A program made the position numbers and the translations under genes. Under the pieces are notes generated by a model. The model was not told the DNA's origin. It saw only the letters and a program-made list of their open reading frames with translations, and searched no databases. From Phycisphaerales bacterium (lineage in GTDB: Bacteria; Planctomycetota; Phycisphaerae; WQYP01): a DNA stretch of 33,363 bases. How positions within the stretch are numbered: the stretch's first letter is position 1; each line of letters starts with the position of its first letter. This document shows positions 18,022 through 27,350 of the stretch, in pieces. The DNA lies in the NCBI GenBank assembly GCA_027366115.1, contig DAHXLH010000220.1, forward strand, positions 1 to 33,363, read 5' to 3'.

Positions 18022-19417
18022 GATGTAGGGTCTCCAAATTTGGTTCAGGACCGCCAACGGAACAGACCACAGTGACGCCTGCGCCGGGGCTGCTGCGAAT
18101 ATCCAAGTGTCCGCCAATAACACGGGCACGATAATCCATGATGCGCAATCCCAAGCCTCGCCCACGTGGTTCGGCAAAGCCCGAGCCATCATCACGGATA
18201 GTTAAGCGTACCAATGAGCCTAGCGTTTTGGAACTGATTTCAATATTTTTCGCCTGCCCGTGACGGACGGCATTGTTCATGGCTTCCTGCGCGATACGAT
18301 AAAGATGAGTGGCCGCCAGCAGAGAGCATGACTCCGGCAGCGCATCGGCGCGAATTCGGCAACTGATCCCCGCAATAGATTCCATCTGGTAACCTAATTC
18401 CTGTAAGGCGGTAGGAAACTCATCCGCCTGATCCAGCGGTTGAAGGCCCCGTGCCAACCGGCGGGTCTGCGCGATGGCATCATTGAGCAGGGCGGTAAGA
18501 TTCTCCGTTTCACTGGCTAAGAGTTTAGACTTTTTCTTCAGCCGTTGTGCAATAGCCTTGGATACCATGGCGGCACCGGTCAAAAGTTGTCCCAGGCCAT
18601 CATGCAAATCCTGCCCGATACGGCGCTGCTCACGTTCCGCAATGTGCAGAATTTCCGCCTCCATGCGCTTGCGTTCGGTTATATCACGCACGATTCCGGT
18701 AAAATGCCGGGCTCCACTAATTTTCTGCTCCCCTACCGCCAGATACATGGGAAAAGTGCCGCCATCCTTGCGCAGGCCCGTTACTTCACGGCCTACGCCA
18801 ATAATTTTCGCGTGGCCGGTGCGCAAATAGTTATTGACATAATGATGATGCTCACTGTGGTATGGCTCGGGCATGAGCATCTCGACGTTTCGCCCAATGG
18901 CCTTTGCTGCGCTATAGCCGAAGATGCGCTCCGCCGCTGGATTAAAGGATTCAATAATGCCGCGATCATCCATGGTGATAATGGCATCCACGGCAGTTTC
19001 AACGATGGCCCGGACCTGCGCCTCGCTGCGGCGCAGGGCATCGGTTATTTGGGCCCGACCGGTAACATCAAAACCCGCCAGAATCGCTACCGCCTCACCA
19101 GTGTCCTGCTGGGAATGCCGGGTTGCCACATAGGCAATAATGCGCGGATGTTGCTGATTGCAGCAGCAAACTTGTTCAAAATGGATGGGGCTGTGGACCG
19201 CATCCCGGTTCGCCAATAACGCCATCACCTGATGAGCATTTTCAGGCGATAAAATAGAATCTAAAGCTGGTTGCCCCAGCAGCGCATCGGCACTGCGACC
19301 GCAATTGGATGCGACTTCTTTATTGACGAAAAGGATTTGGCCGGCGCCACCCACCACGGCGGCAAACACCCCCGTCGAATGAATGATCGCTCGTGCCCAG
19401 GCTGGGTCTTTGGGCAT
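17996..19417 (-). CDS. Cytoplasmic two-PAS sensor histidine kinase (HisKA_3 type) with a FixL-like haem PAS
   Basis: PAS FNPAAERIFGY..LMPEPYHSEH..IIGVGREV.G.RKDG..FP; H-box EQRRIGQDLHDGLGQ; YRIAQEAMNNAVRH, DDGSGF, GLGL; ATG 19417 after GGAG. Confidence 0.9.
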   Translation of the reverse strand: MPKDPAWARAIIHSTGVFAAVVGGAGQILFVNKEVASNCGRSADALLGQPALDSILSPENAHQVMALLANRDAVHSPIHFEQVCCCNQQHPRIIAYVATRHSQQDTGEAVAILAGFDVTGRAQITDALRRSEAQVRAIVETAVDAIITMDDRGIIESFNPAAERIFGYSAAKAIGRNVEMLMPEPYHSEHHHYVNNYLRTGHAKIIGVGREVTGLRKDGGTFPMYLAVGEQKISGARHFTGIVRDITERKRMEAEILHIAEREQRRIGQDLHDGLGQLLTGAAMVSKAIAQRLKKKSKLLASETENLTALLNDAIAQTRRLARGLQPLDQADEFPTALQELGYQMESIAGISCRIRADALPESCSLLAATHLYRIAQEAMNNAVRHGQAKNIEISSKTLGSLVRLTIRDDGSGFAEPRGRGLGLRIMDYRARVIGGHLDIRSSPGAGVTVVCSVGGPEPNLETLHHADYSPSI

Positions 19418-19635
19418 ACCACAAACTCCGCTACCGCCGGTAAATCTACCCGCAGTTGTTCCACAGTGCCGCCGCGCAAGCCCCAAAGAGGCCGCCGCTG
19501 GCAAGCGAGCACGATTATAATCACGGCAAGCATTTCTGGCACTTATTAAGGCGGCCGGTTATTACGGCGGCCGGTCTTCCAACCGCTCAACTTTTTTACT
19601 GGTTGCACCATAGCACCGGATGGTAATCCGGGGAT

Positions 19636-19673
19636 AAAAAAACACCCGGTCGATTTTACATCGACCGGGCGTT
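19636..19673 (-). terminator. Intrinsic terminator after fusA
   Basis: 10-bp stem CCCGGTCGAT/ATCGACCGGG (19645-19669) followed by a T-run on the minus strand. Confidence 0.85.
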
Positions 19674-19713
19674 AACTTTTTAAAACCACCTGATGACCGG
19701 CAACGGAGAAGGA

Positions 19714-21825
19714 TTACTTCAGGCTGGCCAGAACTTCATCTTTCACATGGTTGGGCACCTGCGCGTAGCTGTGCGGTTCCATGGTGTAGTTGGCGCGGCC
19801 CTGCGTAAGTGAACGCAGAATCGTGGAATAGCCGAACATGTTCGCCAACGGAACTGTGGCATCGATCACCTGCGTGTTACCGCGGTTTTCGGTGTTTTCA
19901 ATCATGGCGCGGCGGCTGGAAATATCACCCTGCACCGGCCCGGCGAATTCAATGGGCGTGGTGACCTGAAGTTTCATGATCGGCTCAAGCAGCACCGGCC
20001 CGGCTTTCTTGCAAGCCGCCTGCATGGCCAGAATACCAGCCTGTTCAAAGGCGATCTGCGATGAATCGACATCATGGTAGCTGCCGTCAAAAAGCGATAC
20101 TTTCATATTCAGCATCGGGAAGCCGCCAAGAACACCGGATTTAGCAGCCTGCCGCACGCCATACTCCACCGACGGAATATATTCGCGGGGAATCGAGCCG
20201 CCCTTGATGTCGTTTTCAAACAGCAGCGTATCTTCGGAATCATCACCTTCCGCGGGCACATACGGCTCAAGCTTAATCCAGCAGTCGCCATATTGGCCGC
20301 GACCGCCGCTCTGCTTGACGTGTTTACCCTGGGCTTCCGCGGCCTTGGTGATGGTTTCTTTGTACGCGACTTTGGGCTTGCCGACGGTGACATCCACTTT
20401 CATGTCACGCTTGAGTTTGTTGGCAATGATTTCCAGGTGCAATTCGCCCATCCCGTGGATGATGGTTTGGCCGGTTTCCGGGTCAAAGTTACTGCGGAAG
20501 GTGGGGTCTTCGCGACGTAGCGTGGTAAGGGCTTCACCGAGCTTATTTTTGTCATTGGCACTTTTCGGCTCAATGGACATGCTGATAACAGGCTCGGGGA
20601 ATTCCATTTTTTCCAGGAGAATCGGATGATCGGGATCACAGATCGTATCGCCGGTAAGACCATATTTGAAGCCCACGACACCGACGATGTCACCGGCTTC
20701 GGCGTATTCGCGTTGAATACGATCGGCGGCGTGCATTTCCCAGATACGCGAGGCAATTTCTTTTTTATCCCGTGTGGAATTGATAATACGCGCTCCGGAA
20801 TCGAGTTTGCCGGAATACACGCGCACATAACTCAAATCACCGTGCTGATCGCTGACGATCTTAAACACAATGCCGCAGAACGGCTCATTGATATCCGCCT
20901 TACGAATCAGCTCCTTGCTTTTTTCACGCACATCATGGCCCACCATCGGCGGCTTATCCATCGGGCTGGGAAGGTAATACACCACGGCGTTAAGCAGCAG
21001 TTGTATGCCTTTGTATTTCAAAGCGGAACCGCACAACACAGGGTTAATTTTGATGGCACAGGTGCCCTTGCGCAACGCGGCCTTAATTTCGTCGTTGTTG
21101 ATGGGCTGATCGGAAAGATATTTTTCCATCAACTGATCATCGCATTCCGCGGCTTTTTCAATCATATAAGCGCGGGCCTGATCCGCTTTGGCTTTGAATT
21201 CCGCCGGTATGGGAATTTCACCCCATGTGCGCCCCTTGGATTCTTCATCCCACTGATAGCCCTTCATTTCCAGTAGATCAATGACGCCTGCGAAGTTTTC
21301 AGCGGCACCGATGGGAATCTGAATCGGAACCGGGTTAGCGCCCAGACGGTCATGAATTGTTTTAACGCAGAATTCAAAATCCGCGCCGACTTTGTCCATC
21401 TTATTAACAAAGCAGAGCCGCGGAACATGATACTTCGTGGCCTGCCGCCAGACCGTTTCCGATTGGGCTTCGACGCCTTCGCGACCATCAAACACGGCCA
21501 CCGCACCATCGAGCACGCGCAAAGAGCGTTCGACTTCCACGGTAAAGTCCACGTGGCCCGGGGTGTCGATGAGATTAATAATATATTCATCGCCATCTTC
21601 CCGGCCGCTTAAGCGCCAGGGGCACGTCGTGGCCGCCGCGGTAATGGTGATACCGCGCTGCTGTTCTTCTTCCAAGTGATCCATGACGGCGGTACCTTCG
21701 TGCACTTCGCCGATCTTATGGGTTTTACCGGTGTAAAACAGTACGCGCTCCGACACGGTGGTTTTGCCGGCATCAATATGAGCGGCAATGCCGATGTTGC
21801 GATAACGGGTTAAGTCGTGGGCCAT
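19714..21825 (-). CDS. fusA: Elongation factor G (stand-alone copy)
   Basis: [62 protein letters not shown]; GAGG RBS. Confidence 0.96.
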   Translation of the reverse strand: MAHDLTRYRNIGIAAHIDAGKTTVSERVLFYTGKTHKIGEVHEGTAVMDHLEEEQQRGITITAAATTCPWRLSGREDGDEYIINLIDTPGHVDFTVEVERSLRVLDGAVAVFDGREGVEAQSETVWRQATKYHVPRLCFVNKMDKVGADFEFCVKTIHDRLGANPVPIQIPIGAAENFAGVIDLLEMKGYQWDEESKGRTWGEIPIPAEFKAKADQARAYMIEKAAECDDQLMEKYLSDQPINNDEIKAALRKGTCAIKINPVLCGSALKYKGIQLLLNAVVYYLPSPMDKPPMVGHDVREKSKELIRKADINEPFCGIVFKIVSDQHGDLSYVRVYSGKLDSGARIINSTRDKKEIASRIWEMHAADRIQREYAEAGDIVGVVGFKYGLTGDTICDPDHPILLEKMEFPEPVISMSIEPKSANDKNKLGEALTTLRREDPTFRSNFDPETGQTIIHGMGELHLEIIANKLKRDMKVDVTVGKPKVAYKETITKAAEAQGKHVKQSGGRGQYGDCWIKLEPYVPAEGDDSEDTLLFENDIKGGSIPREYIPSVEYGVRQAAKSGVLGGFPMLNMKVSLFDGSYHDVDSSQIAFEQAGILAMQAACKKAGPVLLEPIMKLQVTTPIEFAGPVQGDISSRRAMIENTENRGNTQVIDATVPLANMFGYSTILRSLTQGRANYTMEPHSYAQVPNHVKDEVLASLK

Positions 21826-22244
21826 GATAAATACCTCTGTATCCTAAAAAGAGTAAAAAATTTCTGACTATCCTGATGCTTTTGAATCTCTATATAAACA
21901 GCAAGCCCGCCAGAATCGTCCTTCTCCGCCGGGCGAAATCAATCGCATCAGCAGGGCGTTTCTCGCGGGCACAGACTTCGGTGGTCACACCACACCGCAC
22001 CGTGCCGATGTTTCACCCATGCCGGGCGTCGCATCGGCCGCGGGGCATGGGCTTAAAAAATATCTATAAGCAGTTTCACCTTTCATTCCTTATAACAGCT
22101 CGGCTCAAGAGCCACGGTGCCCGGCCAAATTTCTCTGCCGGGAAAACTGCGCTTCCAGCCTCATTAGGATACCAATAACCGGGGCTATGATGCAAGTAAA
22201 CTTGGCTATTTTTCGCATTTGATAATAAATGTTTCTTGGGAGGA

Positions 22245-22313
22245 CTCACGCATGGCATGACGGAGACTCAGTACATTAAGGAATGGCGGCTACACATCCC
22301 TAAAGGATTTTAA
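22245..22313 (+). pseudogene. Possible 3' remnant of a type IV TA (AbiEi-like) antitoxin gene
   Basis: Reads LTHGMTETQYIKEWRLHIPKGF*, resembling from memory the C-terminal YLTH.M....Y..EW.L..PKG tail of AbiEi-like proteins; the upstream frame is closed by stops. Not database-verified. Confidence 0.4.
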
Positions 22314-22451
22314 TCGCGATACGATGCCCAATACATAGTCGAAGTAGTAGTCGAATTCATGTAACACTAGGCCGGGCATCACCGTTGCTTTCACTGCCGC
22401 TAAATCCGGGCGGTGGAATTCCCGATACTCCGACAGTTGGTTTTTATGGAT
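22290..22451 (-). pseudogene. Possible 3' remnant of an AbiEii-like nucleotidyltransferase toxin gene
   Basis: Reads ..SEYREFHRPDLAAVKATVMPGLVLHEFDYYFDYVLGIVSRL*, resembling from memory the YR.FH..D...V...V....FD.YFD.V tail of AbiEii-family proteins; its 5' part is replaced by the ssrA promoter and gene. Confidence 0.45.
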
Positions 22452-22480
22452 TTGTTGACCCGCTTGCGGCGAGGTATAAT
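22452..22480 (+). promoter_or_regulatory. Putative sigma-70 promoter of ssrA
   Basis: Perfect TATAAT at 22475-22480; TTGTTG with a 17-nt spacer (TTGACC gives only 14 nt); 25 nt before the mature 5' end. Confidence 0.6.
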
Positions 22481-22505
22481 AGAGAGTTGATTTAGCTCTT
22501 TGAAA

Positions 22506-22885
22506 GGGGGCGAAAGGTATCGACCGGACAGAAGTGTCGATGATGGCGTGCCGACCTGCCAAACAAGTCGTTAAACTGAGTGGCAAAAAATCAAATGCTG
22601 AGAACTTTAAGTTCCCAACAGCCGGGGGCGCAAGCCTTCGGTTGGCTGCCTAATTAAACAGGCAACCCGGTTCCCGCAGGAAGTCCGCGGCCTGCGACGA
22701 ACTGACGACTAGCGGAATGCTCAGGTGGCAACGTCTATCGGCCATTTGCTAAGACCCAGGATGGGCTGGAATTTCCGGAAGTCAGACTGTCGGCGTCCGG
22801 CGATTTGAGATTAACATGCAGTCTACGCACGTAGAGGTGATCTTCAACCTGCCACGGGACGAGGGTTCGACTCCCTCCGCCTCCA
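22506..22885 (+). ncRNA. ssrA: tmRNA; tag (A)AENFKFPTAGGASLRLAA* at 22597-22653
   Basis: 5' GGGGGCGAAAGGTATCGAC; acceptor stem GGGGGCG/CGCCTCC with G3:U and discriminator A; T-arm GAGGG TTCGACT CCCTC; internal ORF ending LAA-TAA; CCA not fully encoded. Confidence 0.96.
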
Positions 22886-22891
22886 CTTATC

Positions 22892-22927
22892 AAGCCGGGT
22901 CGGTATTCAAACCGCCCGGCTTTTTTT
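22892..22927 (+). terminator. Intrinsic terminator after ssrA
   Basis: AAGCCGGG-T-CGGT loop ACCG-CCCGGC followed by T7. Confidence 0.88.
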
Positions 22928-22969
22928 CGGCGCTGCGGGACTTTTCAGTAATAGATGCGGCTATTGCAA

Positions 22970-23452
22970 TTACCGTGTCGGATCGATCTCGGCAGGATCA
23001 ACACCCAGCGCGGCAGCCAGTTTCTCCACCGTCCGGTGGGACGGGCTAAGTTCCGCGTTCTCGATACGACTGATATGGCTCTGCGTCAAGCCTGTTTCTT
23101 CAGCGAAGCGCGCCTGGGTTTTGTTCGCAGCCTCACGCAGTTCACAAACTTTAGTGGCAACGTGCTGATTCCATTTAGCGAGGCCCCCCGGAGACTCTGT
23201 CGCTGGGAATTCGAATGGACGGGCTGAATACTCATGCTGATCAAGTATTTCCAGCATGCCGCTGCGGACCGCCTCCAAATCCTCGGCACTTTGAGCCGTG
23301 GACAGTGCTTTTACCAATCCGAATAGATCCTTCTTATCACTGGGCGAGAGCCTGTTGATTTGCTCAATGACAATGCCAATCGCCAGGGTGAGAGCGGCTT
23401 GGCCAACATCCGTTGTATTGCGTATTGTGTTTAATCCATCTGTCATTGACAT
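22970..23452 (-). CDS. XRE-family HTH protein with C-terminal HTH (antitoxin-like architecture)
   Basis: LREAANKTQARFAEETGLTQSHISRIENAELSPSHRTVEKLAAALGV; helical N-terminal domain; start uncertain (23452, 23446 or 23560). Confidence 0.82.
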   Translation of the reverse strand: MSMTDGLNTIRNTTDVGQAALTLAIGIVIEQINRLSPSDKKDLFGLVKALSTAQSAEDLEAVRSGMLEILDQHEYSARPFEFPATESPGGLAKWNQHVATKVCELREAANKTQARFAEETGLTQSHISRIENAELSPSHRTVEKLAAALGVDPAEIDPTR

Positions 23453-23630
23453 GACCCGACACTGCTTTATAAAGATTGCGCCGCAGGCCGTAGATAAAGT
23501 GTTTTGCGTTTCGACCAGCATTTGCTTGCTAAGAGCCTGTCCGAGTAAGTGCGGGGCCATTGCTCAGGCGACGCAGTCGCTGCCGTGGCGGGGAAAAATT
23601 TTAGAAAGCGTGCGTCCGGCATCGGTTGTT

Positions 23631-24995
23631 TTAGTGAGTGAAATAGAGGGATGTCGCCACCTGTTCCGCGGTGGAGACCATCTTGGTCATGGCCTGGACT
23701 GAGGCAGGGTCGTACATGTTATGCTGATAAATCTGCATGAAGTGCCGATACATGCGCTGCCGCAGCAGTTGAGCGATGGCGGCCTGTTCCTGCCCGAAAG
23801 GGATGACGTGATGGCGCGTCACCGCACCTACGCGGATAATCACCACTGCATCGCCGCGCGGGTTGGTTTTGTTTTTTATCAGCAGCGGCGGAGCCATGGA
23901 ATGAGGCTTAAGAGAGAAGGCTGTTTTTTCAATCAGTGGGTTGGACAACTCGCCCCGCCGCGTGTTGGGCCAGTGGCCGCCATTATCCGCCGCCGGATCG
24001 GAGGAATTATTTTCCGCAAGAAGTGCGAAATTAGCGCCGTGGCGAATTTCACTTTCCAGCTTATTACAATAAGCCACAGCCTTGCGGCACGCTGCGGCAA
24101 TTTGGGCTTTACTGGCATGGGCGACTGGTTGGGTATGTGTGGGATCATTGGGATCACGCGGCCACTGGTTGATCACACGATACGTGATGGTAAAAAGATC
24201 CACGGAAGCGTGTTGCGTGTACTTGGCGATATGGGCTTGATAATAATGCCAGAGTTGGCGCCGGGTGCTGATGAGCTTGGGGTACACCGTGCGATTCAGG
24301 TACATGCCTATGATTGTCTGATTCCGAATGGCCTGAAGTTTTTGATTCAGAGAACTTCCCTGTTGCCGCAAGGCGCGGTCCGCCAGTTGTTCTGATCCCA
24401 TGTATTGGGCGACAATTTTGGCCTTTCGGGCGGCCACGACAGCCGCCACTTCCTTCATATCGTCTTTGCTCAAAAATCTTTTGGCCTTGGCCAGAAAAAG
24501 AATATCGTCAATCTGCACGTTGAGTTCGCGGGCAATGCTTTGCGCCGCCTGCTGCTGGAAGTACGCCGGGGTTTTGCTGATCGCGGCAGCGTTTTTTAAT
24601 TCTTTGGAAATCGGCCGCAGTACGTCCTGGACAAAAATGGGCTTGCTGTTGACCGTTCCCAGCAGTGCGGCCACAGCCAAGTTGGTTCCGGGGGCCGGAG
24701 TCGCCACCGCCTGAATATTGGCGCGCGGGACAGAAATCGCCGTTGTCGAAGCAATTGGAGCGTTTTGTACCGGTGCATGATTGGATTGCGATGTCGGTGC
24801 CGGGGTTTTGACCGAGGCTTGGTTGGATGCCGGATCAGAAAGCGGCGCACCGGGGCGAATAAACGCGGCAGCGGAAATAGTGCTCGGCCTCGGCGAACGG
24901 TTCTGCGTGCATCCGCCCATGGCCCACGCCAAGGTGGTGGCCGCAGTTGTAATTAAGCAGTAACGAAAAGCGTTGGGGTGCCGATAAACCATCAT
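23631..24995 (-). CDS. SurA/PrsA-like parvulin-type foldase, probable lipoprotein
   Basis: Lipobox-like WAMGGC; LGTVNSKPIF N-domain; parvulin motif GANFALLAENNSSDPAADNGG.W...IEKTAFSLKP; ATG 24995 after GAGG. Confidence 0.8.
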   Translation of the reverse strand: MMVYRHPNAFRYCLITTAATTLAWAMGGCTQNRSPRPSTISAAAFIRPGAPLSDPASNQASVKTPAPTSQSNHAPVQNAPIASTTAISVPRANIQAVATPAPGTNLAVAALLGTVNSKPIFVQDVLRPISKELKNAAAISKTPAYFQQQAAQSIARELNVQIDDILFLAKAKRFLSKDDMKEVAAVVAARKAKIVAQYMGSEQLADRALRQQGSSLNQKLQAIRNQTIIGMYLNRTVYPKLISTRRQLWHYYQAHIAKYTQHASVDLFTITYRVINQWPRDPNDPTHTQPVAHASKAQIAAACRKAVAYCNKLESEIRHGANFALLAENNSSDPAADNGGHWPNTRRGELSNPLIEKTAFSLKPHSMAPPLLIKNKTNPRGDAVVIIRVGAVTRHHVIPFGQEQAAIAQLLRQRMYRHFMQIYQHNMYDPASVQAMTKMVSTAEQVATSLYFTH

Positions 24996-25247
24996 GTAAA
25001 ATTCCTCGTTCGGCAATTCTATTTTTCGTGCCGTTTGAATATTCCGCACAGTCCGGCGCACTGTCAGGGTGCCAAACTGCTAAATCCCAGAGCTCCGTTG
25101 CGCGCAACAGGATTTTTCTGGTGGGAGTATTGAAACATAAAAGGCGGTGAAAAGAAAACGTCCCGCACTGAAAATACGCTTTTGCGGTTTATGCGTTTAT
25201 GATGCTAAATAACATTGCGCAGAGCGTCATCATGGCAAGCTGCACGG

Positions 25248-26099
25248 TTATTCGATACCCGCCAATGGAACCAATACTTTTACCATATCCTTCAGGGTGT
25301 ATTGGCGGTCGAGAACCAAGGGCAATAAAACGCCGTGATTATGTGAGGAATCCAAAATCAGCATATTTTTACCCAGCACCCCGAAGCCGGTTTCCTGCAT
25401 CTGGTGCCCACAGATAAAAGCATCCGCCCACCAGAGCTTGCTCAGGGCGGCCAGGGTCTGTTCACTTTGCGAGCGGCCCCAGACCATCTTATATACCGAA
25501 CCGTTTCGCTGATAATCCGCGTCGGTCAGGGTGCGACGTACAATGCCGGCGTCAAAGGACGGCAGATCAAGATCACCGGGCAGCGAATGGCTTAAAAATA
25601 TGCCGCTGATGGTAATGCCCGCCAACGGCATACTATGCACAAACTCGCGAAACGCCGCTGATACGTCAGCCGCTTTACCGCCGTAAAAAACACTGAAGCC
25701 ACGATTAAACCGTTCCGTCAGGTCGTAGCCATCTTTCATGATGGGGATCGCCTGAATCTGGGCTAAATCATGATTGGCCAAAAGAAAATGCACCCGCCCC
25801 GGAAACTGGAAAGCCCAGTCGATCGCATCAAGGAGCATTTGGATGCTGCCATCCTCACCGTCCGGTCCCAAGGCCCCACCATGAATAATTTCCTGCAATA
25901 TCACGTGCCGTTCCGGGAAACGCTCCAGCGCGGCAAAGGTCTTTATTTTTTCATAGTTCCGCCAATGGTTATGCAGGTCGCCGGCAATAACTAGTTCACC
26001 GGATGCCGGGAAATGCAGCATGTGGCCATTGCGCAAAGCATCTTCACGATTCAGTGCCGCCCCCTGGCGCAGGTAATCAATGGTTTGACGGGCGGACAT
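25248..26099 (-). CDS. Calcineurin-like metallophosphoesterase
   Basis: IAGDLHN, QEIIHGG, LLANHD, FLSHS, VWGR, ICGHQ, ILDSSH; ATG 26099 after AAGGA. Confidence 0.82.
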   Translation of the reverse strand: MSARQTIDYLRQGAALNREDALRNGHMLHFPASGELVIAGDLHNHWRNYEKIKTFAALERFPERHVILQEIIHGGALGPDGEDGSIQMLLDAIDWAFQFPGRVHFLLANHDLAQIQAIPIMKDGYDLTERFNRGFSVFYGGKAADVSAAFREFVHSMPLAGITISGIFLSHSLPGDLDLPSFDAGIVRRTLTDADYQRNGSVYKMVWGRSQSEQTLAALSKLWWADAFICGHQMQETGFGVLGKNMLILDSSHNHGVLLPLVLDRQYTLKDMVKVLVPLAGIE

Positions 26100-26247
26100 A
26101 GATTCCTTTGTTCCTCTTGATCGTCGCAGGCCGGCTTTCGCACGGCCACGGGCACAGCTTACATATGCGCCATCAGGATTAAGCATCGGCCAAATCGGGT
26201 CCAATAATTCAATCAAAAGTGTCGATGGCAGAATTCGCCGTAATTAT

Positions 26248-27177
26248 TCAAGTTACGGTATCCGCGTCGGCTGCGGAGGTGGTGCCTCCGGGATTACTGT
26301 CCTGCGCGTCTGCGATCTGGCTGTCGCGGGCGGCGGCATTGGCACGCTGGAGGTAAACCGCAGAGCTTACGCTTAAGACTAATTGCAGTCGGGCATGGAC
26401 TTCTTCCATGCTCGGGGGGCGGTCGGACGGGCGATTTTCCACACACTCAAGAATCAGGCGGGATAACTGCGACGGTATTCGCGGATTTATTTCATGCGGT
26501 GGAATGAGCGTGCGGGAATCCACGCCGCTGGCACCGGCCTTCTTTTTGGGTATGACCGTTGGAACATGGCGGTCGGTTACGCACCAGTAAAGGCTGGCTC
26601 CGAAATTAAATATGTCGGTGGCGGGGGTCAGCGGCCCAAGGGCCACCTGTTCCGGGGCAATATAATCGGGGGTACCTTGTATCCGATTTTTTACTGTACC
26701 AATAGCGCAGCTCTGGCCGAAGTCGATAATTTTACAATCATTATTCTGATTGATCATAATATTGTTAGGTTTAATATCAGCGTGAACGTAACCCATTTTA
26801 TGCATGGCGGAAAGCCCCTCCGCCACGCGGCAGGATATTTCAATCAGGGATTTGAGGCTCGAGGGCCGTTCGGTATCCAGAGAGACCCCATCGAAAAGAT
26901 CCATCAATAAATGTAGTTCTGTGGTCGAGAGAAATTTTCGCCGACGAATTAAGCGATGGCTTTTTCGCAAAACCGGATGAGTAAAATGGCTGCTGATGGC
27001 ATATTCCTGTTCCGCCTGTTCGAGAAAGCGGTCATCTTCGGGACTGCGCCGTAGAACTCGTTTAAGCGCGTAGACTTGGCGCGTGCGGATTTCACAAACC
27101 GCATAAATCGTGCTCCTGGCCCCATAACCCAGACAGGATAACACTTCAAAATCAGGAATTTCGGGTAGAACTTCCAT
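26248..27177 (-). CDS. Hanks-type Ser/Thr protein kinase, soluble
   Basis: LGYGARSTIY, YALK, VHADIKPNNI, IIDFG, GTPDYIAPE, DIFNFG, DRP; no TM or PASTA domain; start 27177 (ATG) or 27180 (GTG). Confidence 0.93.
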   Translation of the reverse strand: MEVLPEIPDFEVLSCLGYGARSTIYAVCEIRTRQVYALKRVLRRSPEDDRFLEQAEQEYAISSHFTHPVLRKSHRLIRRRKFLSTTELHLLMDLFDGVSLDTERPSSLKSLIEISCRVAEGLSAMHKMGYVHADIKPNNIMINQNNDCKIIDFGQSCAIGTVKNRIQGTPDYIAPEQVALGPLTPATDIFNFGASLYWCVTDRHVPTVIPKKKAGASGVDSRTLIPPHEINPRIPSQLSRLILECVENRPSDRPPSMEEVHARLQLVLSVSSAVYLQRANAAARDSQIADAQDSNPGGTTSAADADTVT

Positions 27178-27350
27178 CACCCAGATCGAGCCTTATTACA
27201 GAGTTCCTTCTTGCCGGCCGGCCAACAACGTCAATGCCCCGCCGCAGCAGCAATCGAAGCTGCCGGGCATGATGCCCCAAACATGCTATATAATATTCGC
27301 TTTCGTTGCTATTTTCCAGCCCGAAAAGATGTGAGCGGGATTTCAGTGGT

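Noticed and set aside
21876-22258. ORFs 21876..22178 (+) and 22076..22258 (-)
   Set aside because: No recognisable motifs; they lie in the fusA promoter and leader region.
22886-23630. Intact prophage or genomic island at ssrA
   Set aside because: No integrase and no duplicated att sequence were seen; housekeeping-type genes resume within 750 bp.
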